From positions 6,983 to 70,982 of the forward strand of contig JAUCBT010000006.1 of NCBI GenBank assembly GCA_034676685.1: a stretch of 64,000 nucleotides of DNA. The letters run 5' to 3'. The translations under genes and the position numbers were made by a program. The DNA comes from Xanthobacter sp. (lineage in GTDB: Bacteria > Pseudomonadota > Alphaproteobacteria > Rhizobiales > Xanthobacteraceae). The notes under the pieces are model-generated. The model worked only from the letters and a program-made list of their open reading frames with translations. It made no database searches and was not told the DNA's origin. Of the stretch, positions 49,528 through 58,508 are shown piece after piece; positions within the stretch are counted from its first letter, which is position 1; the number at the start of each line of letters is the position of its first letter.

Positions 49528-51183
49528 TCAGCCAAACAAGGCGAGTGTCTTGACCAGGGTTGTCCAGACACCCCATGCCAGCGGAATGCCAACCGCCGCC
49601 CATGCGAGAGCCGTGGACAGATCGAACCGTCCGCGATCAATGCCGTAAGAGCCTGTCTTGATCACGGCCGTCTGCCCCTTGGACTGGAGCGCGGCAACTT
49701 CTTCGGGCGACATGAACCACTTCTTGTCGAGCGGCCGCACAAGCATGTTCGCAATCAGGCCGATCGCCAGAAAACCAGCAAGGATATACATTGTGAAATC
49801 ATAGACATGCGCACGTGGAATGCCCGCTGCGATCTGGGCTTCACGAATATAGTTCACCGCCACGGGGCCAAGAATGCCTGCGGTCGCCCATGCCGTCAGC
49901 AGGCGTCCGTGGATCGCGCCCACGAACTGTGTGCCGAAGATATCCGCGAGGTAGGCCGGAACGGTTGAAAAGCCACCACCATACATCGACAGGATAATGC
50001 AGAACATGGCGACAAACAGCACCTGATTGCCCATGTTTGCTGCAATGGGTGCGAGGGCATAAAGTGCAATGCCCAAACCGAAGAAGACAAAATATGTATT
50101 CTTCCGGCCCAGCTTGTCTGAAGCGGAGGCCCACAGAATACGCCCCCCAATATTGAAGAGCGACAGCAACCCTGCGAAACCGGCGGCGATGGCTGCAACG
50201 GCCATCAACTGGCTGGAATTCAACTGGGTGAAGGTCAAACCCGGCTGGCCAATCAAGTGCCCGGCGAAGATCTCCTGAATCATTGGAGACGCCATGCCGA
50301 TGACGCCGATACCGGCGGAGACATTCATGCACAGCACAAGCCATATCAGCCAGAACTGCTTTGTCTTATGTGCATCGCGCAGATGGACATGCCCCTGTGT
50401 AATCATGGACTTGGCATTGGCGGGTGGTGGGGTCCAGCCTTCGGGCGTCCAACCCGCTGGCGGAACGCGATAGCCGAAAGCACCGCCCAGCATGAAGACC
50501 AGATAGATGGCAGCCATGACAAGAAAGGTCTGCCAGACGCCAACGGAGACATCGGTGGCGAACAGACGCATCAATCTGTCTGCCAGTGGCGCACCAATCA
50601 TCGCACCACCGCCAAACCCCATGATTGCCATACCGGTTGCAAGGCCACGCCGGTCCGGAAACCACTTGATGAGGGTCGAGACCGGCGAGATGTAGCCAAG
50701 GCCAAGGCCAATGCCGCCAATGAAGCCCGCTCCGAGCCACATCAGCCACAACTGATGGAACATCACACCGATGCCAGCCAGCGCCATGCCACCGCACCAG
50801 CACAGTGCAGCAACAAAACCGGCCTTGCGCGGGCCGGCCGTTTCCAGCCATCCGCCCCATATTGCGGCAGATGATCCAAGCAGAACGAAGAAGAGCGTAT
50901 AGATCCACCCCAGATCTGCCACGCGCCAGTCACAGGTGGTGGTGAACAGGGCGGTCATCAGCCCCATCCCCTCACATGTGATGGGGGCAGTGATGCCGAT
51001 GGCGTGCGAAAGTGGCAGCCAAAAGACTGAAAACCCATAGGCCATGCCAATACAGAGCTGAATGGCCAATGCTGCGGGTGGTACAAGCCAGCGGTTGAAG
51101 CCCGCTTTGGCAATGGTTCTTTCTCGAGACAAAAGCGCAGGCACGTTGTGCCCTTCGCCCTGTCCTGCATGCGTGGCAGTCAT
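49528..51183 (-). CDS. MFS transporter, oxalate/formate antiporter (OFA) family
   Basis: About 12 TM segments. The N-terminus NRWLVPPAALAIQLCIGMAYGFSVFWLPL is typical of OFA-family proteins. ATG 51183 is preceded by GGGGAGGG. Confidence 0.8.
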   Translation of the reverse strand: MTATHAGQGEGHNVPALLSRERTIAKAGFNRWLVPPAALAIQLCIGMAYGFSVFWLPLSHAIGITAPITCEGMGLMTALFTTTCDWRVADLGWIYTLFFVLLGSSAAIWGGWLETAGPRKAGFVAALCWCGGMALAGIGVMFHQLWLMWLGAGFIGGIGLGLGYISPVSTLIKWFPDRRGLATGMAIMGFGGGAMIGAPLADRLMRLFATDVSVGVWQTFLVMAAIYLVFMLGGAFGYRVPPAGWTPEGWTPPPANAKSMITQGHVHLRDAHKTKQFWLIWLVLCMNVSAGIGVIGMASPMIQEIFAGHLIGQPGLTFTQLNSSQLMAVAAIAAGFAGLLSLFNIGGRILWASASDKLGRKNTYFVFFGLGIALYALAPIAANMGNQVLFVAMFCIILSMYGGGFSTVPAYLADIFGTQFVGAIHGRLLTAWATAGILGPVAVNYIREAQIAAGIPRAHVYDFTMYILAGFLAIGLIANMLVRPLDKKWFMSPEEVAALQSKGQTAVIKTGSYGIDRGRFDLSTALAWAAVGIPLAWGVWTTLVKTLALFG

Positions 51184-51288
51184 GTTCCCTCCCCATCCCG
51201 GTTTGTCCGGGAATTCAGGGCGCACCGACAGCTTTATTATTTTGGGTGGTGCGCCTGTTGTTCTGATGGCGGCGCCACGCCCGTCTCA

Positions 51289-51804
51289 TCACACGGGCCA
51301 GGGGCGTTTCGAAATGAAGCGGTGATAGAGGCCGGCCATAATGACGAGGCCAATAGCCCCGAGCAGAATAGGCATGATGAGGAAAGACCAGCCCGCTCCT
51401 GTCAGAATAATCACCAGCGGATCAGCGCCCGCGGGTGGATGCAGTGTGCCCGTGAACTGCATGACGGCTATCGCGCAGCCAACGCCAATCGCGCAAGCTA
51501 CTGCCCCGTCCCCCATCAGTGCGAAAACCGTGACACCAACAAGGGCGGAGAGAAAATGCCCGCCGATGACATTGCGCGGCCGGGCCAGAGGGCTCTGCGG
51601 CAAGGCGAACAGCAGAACGCAACTGGCGCCGAATGGTGCAATGAGCAGAAGTTGCTCGAATGTTTCCGTTGCCTGCGCCAGCAACCATATGGTCAAGGTT
51701 CCGCCCAACCCTGAAACAACTGAAACAAGTCCGTTTTTCTGAATATAGGTACGCACTGCGTCAAATATTGTCGGGACGCGTGTGACATCAGGATCTGGCT
51801 GCAT
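51289..51804 (-). CDS. HPP-family integral membrane protein
   Basis: Signature GTLHPPAGADPL within 4-5 TM helices. ATG 51804 has GGAG upstream. Confidence 0.75.
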   Translation of the reverse strand: MQPDPDVTRVPTIFDAVRTYIQKNGLVSVVSGLGGTLTIWLLAQATETFEQLLLIAPFGASCVLLFALPQSPLARPRNVIGGHFLSALVGVTVFALMGDGAVACAIGVGCAIAVMQFTGTLHPPAGADPLVIILTGAGWSFLIMPILLGAIGLVIMAGLYHRFISKRPWPV

Positions 51805-51860
51805 GCCGATACTCCATGCGTTTCCGGCCCACGCACACAAATGCGTGGGCCGGGACCAGA

Positions 51861-53066
51861 TCACTTGAGGGTTTTGAACTTCGCAGCTTCCTCGCTGCCC
51901 CCCGTCGCATTGCCCTTGGAGTAGGAGTGAGCGCCGGTTCCAGCCAGTGCGCCGCCCTGCACGATCAGATATTCATCGCGGATCGGACGTCCCTCGAAGA
52001 AGCATTCGAGGATTTCACGCGTACCAGCCGCATAGCGGGTCTGGGCGGAAAGGGAGGTGCCGGAGATGTGGGGCGTCATGCCATGATGCGGCATGGTGCG
52101 CCAGGGGTGATCCTGCGGCGCTGGCTGCGGGAACCACACGTCACCGGCATAGCCGGCCAGCTGGCCACTTTCCAGAGCGCGCACGATGGCGTCACGATCG
52201 CACAGCTTGCCGCGTGCAGTGTTGACCAGATAGGCGCCGCGCTTGAAGTGCTTCAGCGTCTCGTCATTGACCATGTGCTCGGTTTCGGGATGCAGCGGGC
52301 AGTTCAGCGTCACCACATCGCAGGCTGCATAAAGCTCTTCACGCGTGGCATGCCAGGTGAGGCCCAGTTCCTTCTCCACCGCTTCCGGCAGACGGTGGCG
52401 GTCCGTGTAATGCAGATGCATGTCGAACGGCTTCAGGCGCTTGAGCACGGCAAGGCCAATGCGACCGGCTGCGACCGTGCCTACATGCATGCCTTCGACA
52501 TCATAAGAGCGTTCCACGCAATCGGCGATGTTCCAGCCGCCCTTCACCACCCACTGATAGGAGGGGATGTAGTTGCGCACGAGGCCGAGGATCATCATCA
52601 CCACATGCTCTGCCACCGAGATGGAGTTGCAGTAGGTGACCTCAGCCACGGTAATGTTGCGATCGATGGCGGCCTGAAGGTCCACATGGTCCGAGCCGAT
52701 ACCGGCGGTGAGCGCCAGTTTCAGCTTAGGGGCCTTGGCGATACGCTCGGCGGTGAGGTAGGCGGGCCAGAAAGGCTGGGAAATCACCACCTCAGCGTCG
52801 GCGAGATGTTTTTCCAGATCGGAGTCGGGACCATCCTTGGAGGAGGTGACAACAAACTCATGGCCAAGTGACTCGACATATTTGCGCAGGCCAAGTTCAC
52901 CAGACACCGAGCCAAGAAGCGTGCCCGGCTTGAAATCAATGGCCTTCGGCGTCGGCAGGGTCTGACCGTCCGGATATTTGTCGATCTTCGGAAGATCGTC
53001 ACGGGCATAAGTCTTCGGCTGACCGGTTACCGGATCGTCATAAAGGACACAAACAACCTTGGCCAT
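51861..53066 (-). CDS. fdh: NAD-dependent formate dehydrogenase (metal-independent, D-2-hydroxyacid dehydrogenase superfamily)
   Basis: MAKVVCVLYDDPVTGQPKTYARDDLPKIDKYPDGQTLPTPKAIDFKPG..., GTVAAGRIG and PQPAPQDHPWRTMP. It is colinear with what I recall of Pseudomonas sp. 101-type FDH. Confidence 0.95.
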   Translation of the reverse strand: MAKVVCVLYDDPVTGQPKTYARDDLPKIDKYPDGQTLPTPKAIDFKPGTLLGSVSGELGLRKYVESLGHEFVVTSSKDGPDSDLEKHLADAEVVISQPFWPAYLTAERIAKAPKLKLALTAGIGSDHVDLQAAIDRNITVAEVTYCNSISVAEHVVMMILGLVRNYIPSYQWVVKGGWNIADCVERSYDVEGMHVGTVAAGRIGLAVLKRLKPFDMHLHYTDRHRLPEAVEKELGLTWHATREELYAACDVVTLNCPLHPETEHMVNDETLKHFKRGAYLVNTARGKLCDRDAIVRALESGQLAGYAGDVWFPQPAPQDHPWRTMPHHGMTPHISGTSLSAQTRYAAGTREILECFFEGRPIRDEYLIVQGGALAGTGAHSYSKGNATGGSEEAAKFKTLK

Positions 53067-53397
53067 GCTTCTTCCCTTCAATTATTGAGGATGGCATTTG
53101 AAAAACCATCCTGTTCATGGGCAAATCAGCGGCGTTCCCCGTTCTGTTCAGGCGGGGATTTAATCAGCCAGCATTCAGCTTTAGGCATCGGGTCATCTCA
53201 GGTTGAACATACTTGTCTGAGAGACAGGTGCAGCTTGACTGCGGCGCGCTGACGCATCCAATGAATTGTTTTCACGTATTGATAGGCATGGCCGATGGAG
53301 GTGCAGTGCAAAAAAATATTAACTCATATATATCTGTAGTTTCACCTCATATAGCTCATTCTCTTTCTGCATCGCGGCAGCGAAAATAGAAATAATA

Positions 53398-54354
53398 CTA
53401 AGCTGCGGAAGCCCGCCGCAGGTGAATGGGAGCTTGTGCTTTGCCATGAATGCCCTTGAAGCGCTGGGCCACATGGGCACTTTCAACGCATGCCTGCAAG
53501 GCGCTGGACATGGGGGATTGGGGTGCCCGGTCGGCAAGGACAAGGCCAATGGCCTGATTATGGATGGGTCCGCTCAGGCTTTGCATGGAGAGATAATTTG
53601 TGCTGTCAAAAACGAAAGCAAACGTCTGGGGCACGATTGAACACCAGATGCCACTTCGAAGATGTGCCGCCACCCCTGGAAATGAATTACTGACAATCTG
53701 GGGGGCAAGCTTCACCCCAACGCTTGCAGCAATATTATCCAGGATGCGCCGATGCTGCATATCCGCGGAAAGCAAACAGAGCGGCTGCTCAACCGCCTCT
53801 TTCCACGTCACCGTCTTGTATGAGGCCAGAGGGTGATCCTTCGGACATGCAAAGACATATTGCTCTTCATACAATTCAAATCGCACCACATGAGAGAGCG
53901 GTTCGTTGTCGAGATAGGTAATTCCGCCATCAATCTCGAAATTCCCAAGGCCCTTCTCGATCTCTCTGGACGACATGGCGCGGACTTCGATCTGCGCCAA
54001 AGGATTGAGAGCCGCAAACTCTTCCGAGAGGAATGACACCAGCGGCATGGCTGTCGGAATGACGCCCAGACGAAGCGTTCCGCTCAATCCGCCACGCCTT
54101 CCACCATTCAGATCGGCATGCAGATTGTCATAATCTGTCAGGATCTGCCGGCCCCAGCGCAAGACTTTCTCGCCTTCAGGGGTCAGGGCTGTGAAGCGGT
54201 GCCCCCGGATGATGAGGACAAGGGCGAGATCTTCTTCCAGCTTCCGGATTGCCTGTGAAAGGGTCGGTTGCGTCACATGGCACAACTCTGCGGCGCGTCC
54301 AAAGTGCTCCACTTCTGCAAGTGTTACAAAAAACCTGAGATGCCGTATCAACAT
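53398..54354 (-). CDS. LysR-family transcriptional regulator (candidate regulator of the formate module)
   Basis: MLIRHLRFFVTLAEVEHFGRAAELCHVTQPTLSQAIRKLE wHTH. GGGGAGGG lies 7 nt upstream. The gene is visibly less GC-rich than its neighbours. Confidence 0.85.
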   Translation of the reverse strand: MLIRHLRFFVTLAEVEHFGRAAELCHVTQPTLSQAIRKLEEDLALVLIIRGHRFTALTPEGEKVLRWGRQILTDYDNLHADLNGGRRGGLSGTLRLGVIPTAMPLVSFLSEEFAALNPLAQIEVRAMSSREIEKGLGNFEIDGGITYLDNEPLSHVVRFELYEEQYVFACPKDHPLASYKTVTWKEAVEQPLCLLSADMQHRRILDNIAASVGVKLAPQIVSNSFPGVAAHLRSGIWCSIVPQTFAFVFDSTNYLSMQSLSGPIHNQAIGLVLADRAPQSPMSSALQACVESAHVAQRFKGIHGKAQAPIHLRRASAA

Positions 54355-54812
54355 GGAAAAACCCTCCCCGAATTTAAAGTATTTCAATTATATAAAATTA
54401 AAATCACCGTAATTATGATTAATATTTATATATAAACTCAGAACTTATTAGTTTGTATTTTCGATTTATATATCAAATATATAAAGTATATTCATATTAC
54501 ATTTGGCCAAATTAAACCCACCATTCAGACTGTCAGCAGTCTTGGGACGTATCCCGCCGTCTGCCGCATCGTCTTTAAATTCTCCCAGACCACTACGACG
54601 CCGCATGCCCAAAGACATGCAGCAGCACCTTAAGGTACCCTAGTAACTTAAGGTATATTTCTATATATATAGCTTGATCTGGAAAGGGGCAATGTTCCCT
54701 TGCAAAATAAGACTGGGCCATGGCCGGCACACGCTCATGCCACCAGCGATCTCGCAAACCGGCTCATCTTCCGATTGAATGGGTCTGCTAGCCAGTCTGA
54801 GGCTGGCTGGCT

Positions 54813-56396
54813 TCAGTGCTCCAACTGCGCGCGGTGACGCAAAAGGCGGAAAAGAGCCAGCGCGCCCAGCCCATAGATCAGCATGCCGCTCATCACCAAC
54901 CCCACCAGCCGCACGGCTCGCGCCCAACCTGCACCATCGACAGGCACCAGATCGCGCGTTTGAACCTCTATTCCCCAGACAGATAGCCCCATAAGCAGGC
55001 CACAGATGAATAATCCCGCAGCCATGCGGACCGTCTGCATATCCAGTTCAAGATGCCCGGCCCGTACCAGCACAATCAGCATCCCGACAACGGAGACTAT
55101 GGCCGAAAGCGCGGCAGCACCAGCCACCAGCGCCACGCCGGAAAAGCCGTGCGGGCTGCCCAGCCAGCCCAGCATCAGCCCACTCAACAGGCATAACACC
55201 AAAGACCCCAGAGCGATTTTTTCGGCCACCCGCATCATACCGGCTGCCGCAGCCATGGCGCTCAGCACTCGCTCCAGCCCCTGAAACGGAAGAGACAGCG
55301 CCAGTACGGACAGCATGGCGGCTGTGACCTGAACATCCTGGACATCAAAACTGCCCCGCTGGAACAGGACACGCACAACCGGGTCGGCCAGAATGAAAAG
55401 CCCAATGGCGGCCGGCAGAGCGAACGCCAGCGCCGCCAGCACGGCCCGCCCGGCTTCATCGCGGCTCTCACGTCCACCTTGCACCAGCAGAGGCAACAGC
55501 ACGGCACCGGCGCTTGCCCCCACCAGCCCCAGCGGCAGATCCATCAGGCGTTGGGCATAGTTCAAGGCCGCAAAGGCTCCATCCGTGGCAGATACCAGAG
55601 CGGCGATGATAATGAAGCGGAACTGGCTGAGCCCGGCAAAGAGCAGGGCTGGAAGCGCATTACGCAACACGCCGGCCGCCTTGCGCCACACCACCAGCGA
55701 GGTGAACGTTCCCTCTCCGCCACCGCGCAGCTTGTGGGTGGGAGAGACCGGGCAGCCACTTGCCGCCCGCAACATCAGGACAAGCTGGCTGATCCCTGCT
55801 GCCACAGTCGCACCGGCAATCGCCAGCGCGGCCTGGTCGCTCGCCATCATGCCGCGCCAGACCAGAATGGCAATGACAGCCAGAACCGTGATGTTAGCAG
55901 CCACCGGCGCAAGCGCAGGCAAAAGCACGCGCTGCGCGCCATTTGCGATGCCGCCATAAATGGCCGAGAGACCCGCCAGCGGCAAATAGAACACGGCAAT
56001 GCGCCCGCACCAGATGGCAAGCTCAGCCCGCGTCCCCTCCGGAGAAAAACCGGGAGCCAGAAGGCCGATAAGCGTCGGCATGAAAATGGCGCCAAGGGTG
56101 GAAACAACCAGCAGCACCCCCACCAGCAGCACCAGCGTGGCCCGGGCCAACTGAGACGCACCAACAGCGCCATTGGTATCCATCTCGCGCGCAAGGGCAG
56201 GGATGAAGGCCAGATTCAGCGCTCCTTCAGCCAGAAGGCGCCGGGCCAGCAGGGGCAGTGTCAGCGCTGCAGCCAGCGCATCGGCCACCGGCCCCACCCC
56301 AAGCACCGCCGCCGTCGCGGCATCGCGTACGAATCCCAGCATGCGGGAGCCCAACGTGGCGAGGGAAACGATGGATGTGCGTGCGCGAAGAGACAT
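54813..56396 (-). CDS. murJ: Lipid II flippase MurJ/MviN
   Basis: SLATLGSRMLGFVRDAATAAVLGVGPVADAL... N-terminus and about 14 TM segments. Confidence 0.85.
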   Translation of the reverse strand: MSLRARTSIVSLATLGSRMLGFVRDAATAAVLGVGPVADALAAALTLPLLARRLLAEGALNLAFIPALAREMDTNGAVGASQLARATLVLLVGVLLVVSTLGAIFMPTLIGLLAPGFSPEGTRAELAIWCGRIAVFYLPLAGLSAIYGGIANGAQRVLLPALAPVAANITVLAVIAILVWRGMMASDQAALAIAGATVAAGISQLVLMLRAASGCPVSPTHKLRGGGEGTFTSLVVWRKAAGVLRNALPALLFAGLSQFRFIIIAALVSATDGAFAALNYAQRLMDLPLGLVGASAGAVLLPLLVQGGRESRDEAGRAVLAALAFALPAAIGLFILADPVVRVLFQRGSFDVQDVQVTAAMLSVLALSLPFQGLERVLSAMAAAAGMMRVAEKIALGSLVLCLLSGLMLGWLGSPHGFSGVALVAGAAALSAIVSVVGMLIVLVRAGHLELDMQTVRMAAGLFICGLLMGLSVWGIEVQTRDLVPVDGAGWARAVRLVGLVMSGMLIYGLGALALFRLLRHRAQLEH

Positions 56397-56692
56397 ACCT
56401 CGCCTATGCCCGCTGCCAGCCGCCCTGTCGATGGTTTTGCGTGTGCAAAAGCTCCCTCTTCCGCGCACTCATTATCCATCCGGGCAGATGCCTGCACACC
56501 GGCATTAGACCGGCCCCCTATTGGCATCTGGTTCCTGGGGGACTAGGAAAAGACAAGCTGCCGCTGGCCTTCATTTTCGACTCATGGCCCCCAAAGCCAG
56601 ACCCGTGATGAAGACACAGACGGCGGGGGCGGCCTTCGCCGGCAGGCTGCTCAAAAGGGGGATGGAACCGGCGCCATAGAGGACTAGCATTC

Positions 56693-57409
56693 ATGCGCAA
56701 CAAGGTTTTCGCCGACGCGAAAAGCGCCCTGGAAGGCGTGGTTTCCGAAGGCATGACCGTCATGGCGGGCGGCTTCGGCCTGTGCGGCATTCCGGAAAAT
56801 CTCATCGCGGCCATCCGTGATCTTGGCCCCAAGCACCTCACGGTGATTTCCAACAATTGCGGCATCGATGATTTCGGCCTGGGCATTCTGCTTGCCAATG
56901 GCCAGATCAAGAAGATGGTCTCGTCCTATGTGGGTGAGAACAAGCTGTTCGAGAAACTGTATCTGAGCGGCGAACTTGAGCTGGAATTCAACCCGCAGGG
57001 CACGCTGGCCGAACGCATCCGTGCGGGTGGCGCGGGCATTGCCGCCTTCTACACCAAGACCGGCTATGGCACCGTCATCGCCGAAGGCAAGCCCACCGCT
57101 GTCTTTGATGACCAGAACTATGTGCTGGAAACGGCCCTGAAGGCGGACCTTTCCATCATCAAGGCCTGGAAGGCCGACAAGGCCGGCAATCTCGTTTTCC
57201 GCAAGACCGCGCGCAACTTCAGCCCGATGATGGCCACCGCTGGCAAGATCACCGTGGTTGAGGTGGAAGAGGTGGTGGAAACCGGGCAGCTTGATCCGGA
57301 TAACATCCATACACCCGGCATCTATGTGGACCGCATCGTGCTCAGCGTGGGCGCGGAAAAGCGGATCGAGAAGGTGACGACCCGTCCGCGTTCCGAGGAG
57401 GTGAAGTGA
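56693..57409 (+). CDS. scoA: 3-oxoacid CoA-transferase subunit A
   Basis: [35 protein letters not shown] and SYVGEN. Confidence 0.9.
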   Translation: MRNKVFADAKSALEGVVSEGMTVMAGGFGLCGIPENLIAAIRDLGPKHLTVISNNCGIDDFGLGILLANGQIKKMVSSYVGENKLFEKLYLSGELELEFNPQGTLAERIRAGGAGIAAFYTKTGYGTVIAEGKPTAVFDDQNYVLETALKADLSIIKAWKADKAGNLVFRKTARNFSPMMATAGKITVVEVEEVVETGQLDPDNIHTPGIYVDRIVLSVGAEKRIEKVTTRPRSEEVK

Positions 57410-58053
57410 TGGCCTGGACCCGCGAACAGATGGCGGCCCGCGCCGCCCAGCAGATCCGTGATGGCTTCTATGTCAATCTGGGCATCGGCATTCCCACCCT
57501 CGTGGCCAATGCCCTGCCCGAAGGCATGGACGTGACCTTCCAGAGCGAGAACGGCATGCTCGGCATCGGCCCCTTCCCCTATGAGGGCGAAGAGGATGCC
57601 GATCTCATCAATGCCGGCAAGCAGACCGTGACCGAAGTTGCGGAAACCGCCTACTTCAACAGCGCGGACAGCTTCGCCATGATCCGCGGCGGGCATATGG
57701 ACCTCTCCATCCTCGGCTCCATGCAGGTCTCCGAGCATGGCGACATCGCCAACTGGATGGTGCCCGGCAAGATGGTCAAGGGCATGGGCGGTGCGATGGA
57801 TCTTGTGGCCGGCGCCCGTGAGGTGATCGTGCTCATGGAGCATGTGGAGAAATCCGGCGCGCCCAAGCTGGTGGAACGCTGCACCCTGCCGCTTACCGGC
57901 ACGCACGTGACCGATTTCATCATCACCGATCTGGCCGTTTTCGAATTCACCAAGCGCGGCGGCACCATGGTGCTCAAGGAGCTTGCTCCGGGCGTGAGCC
58001 TTGAGGAAGTGAAAGAGAAAACCGCAGCGAAGTTCGAGATCGATCTGCGCTGA
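57406..58053 (+). CDS. scoB: 3-oxoacid CoA-transferase subunit B
   Basis: [20 protein letters not shown] (catalytic Glu region) and GAMDLV. ATGA overlap with scoA. Confidence 0.9.
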   Translation: MMAWTREQMAARAAQQIRDGFYVNLGIGIPTLVANALPEGMDVTFQSENGMLGIGPFPYEGEEDADLINAGKQTVTEVAETAYFNSADSFAMIRGGHMDLSILGSMQVSEHGDIANWMVPGKMVKGMGGAMDLVAGAREVIVLMEHVEKSGAPKLVERCTLPLTGTHVTDFIITDLAVFEFTKRGGTMVLKELAPGVSLEEVKEKTAAKFEIDLR

Positions 58054-58106
58054 CCGGCGCAGAGCCGGATGAGGCGTTGAACCTCATTTCCAAGAACTGC
58101 CTGATG

Positions 58107-58135
58107 AGCCCGCCCCCACCGGGGCGGGCTTTTTC
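58107..58135 (+). terminator. Rho-independent terminator after scoB
   Basis: AGCCCGCCCC-cacc-GGGGCGGGCT, a perfect 10-bp stem followed by TTTTT. Confidence 0.7.
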
Positions 58136-58508
58136 ATGTGTGCCGACATTCAGGCGGATAAAGCATCCGCACGGGCGCGCAACCTTCACCTCATGGTGCG
58201 GGATGAGAGGTCAGAAAGTAGGCGCATCATAGCCGCCACCCGCTGCGGACAGACGACACACCCTGAAAAGCAACACACATGGAATGGCCGCCCATACGAA
58301 AACACGGGCCCACCTGCCCGGCGCGCCCGTGTTCCATAATTTCTGTCTGGGAATACCATTGTCCCGGTTTTGACCAGCGCCATATGGCCTCGCTCAAACA
58401 TCTCGCCGGCCTGACCACATGCCCGAGAGGCACGCAGCAGAAGTACCCCGGCATTGAGCGGGCATGTTCGGGCGAAACGCTCCGCTTCACCCAAACATGT
58501 TCCGTGGC

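Noticed and set aside
54370-54700. AT-rich repeat region as a replication origin or plasmid iteron array
   Set aside because: I see no DnaA-box-like TTATCCACA/TGTGGATAA motifs, no rep/par genes nearby, and only two copies of each short repeat. A promoter or nucleoid-protein region for the LysR gene is more likely.
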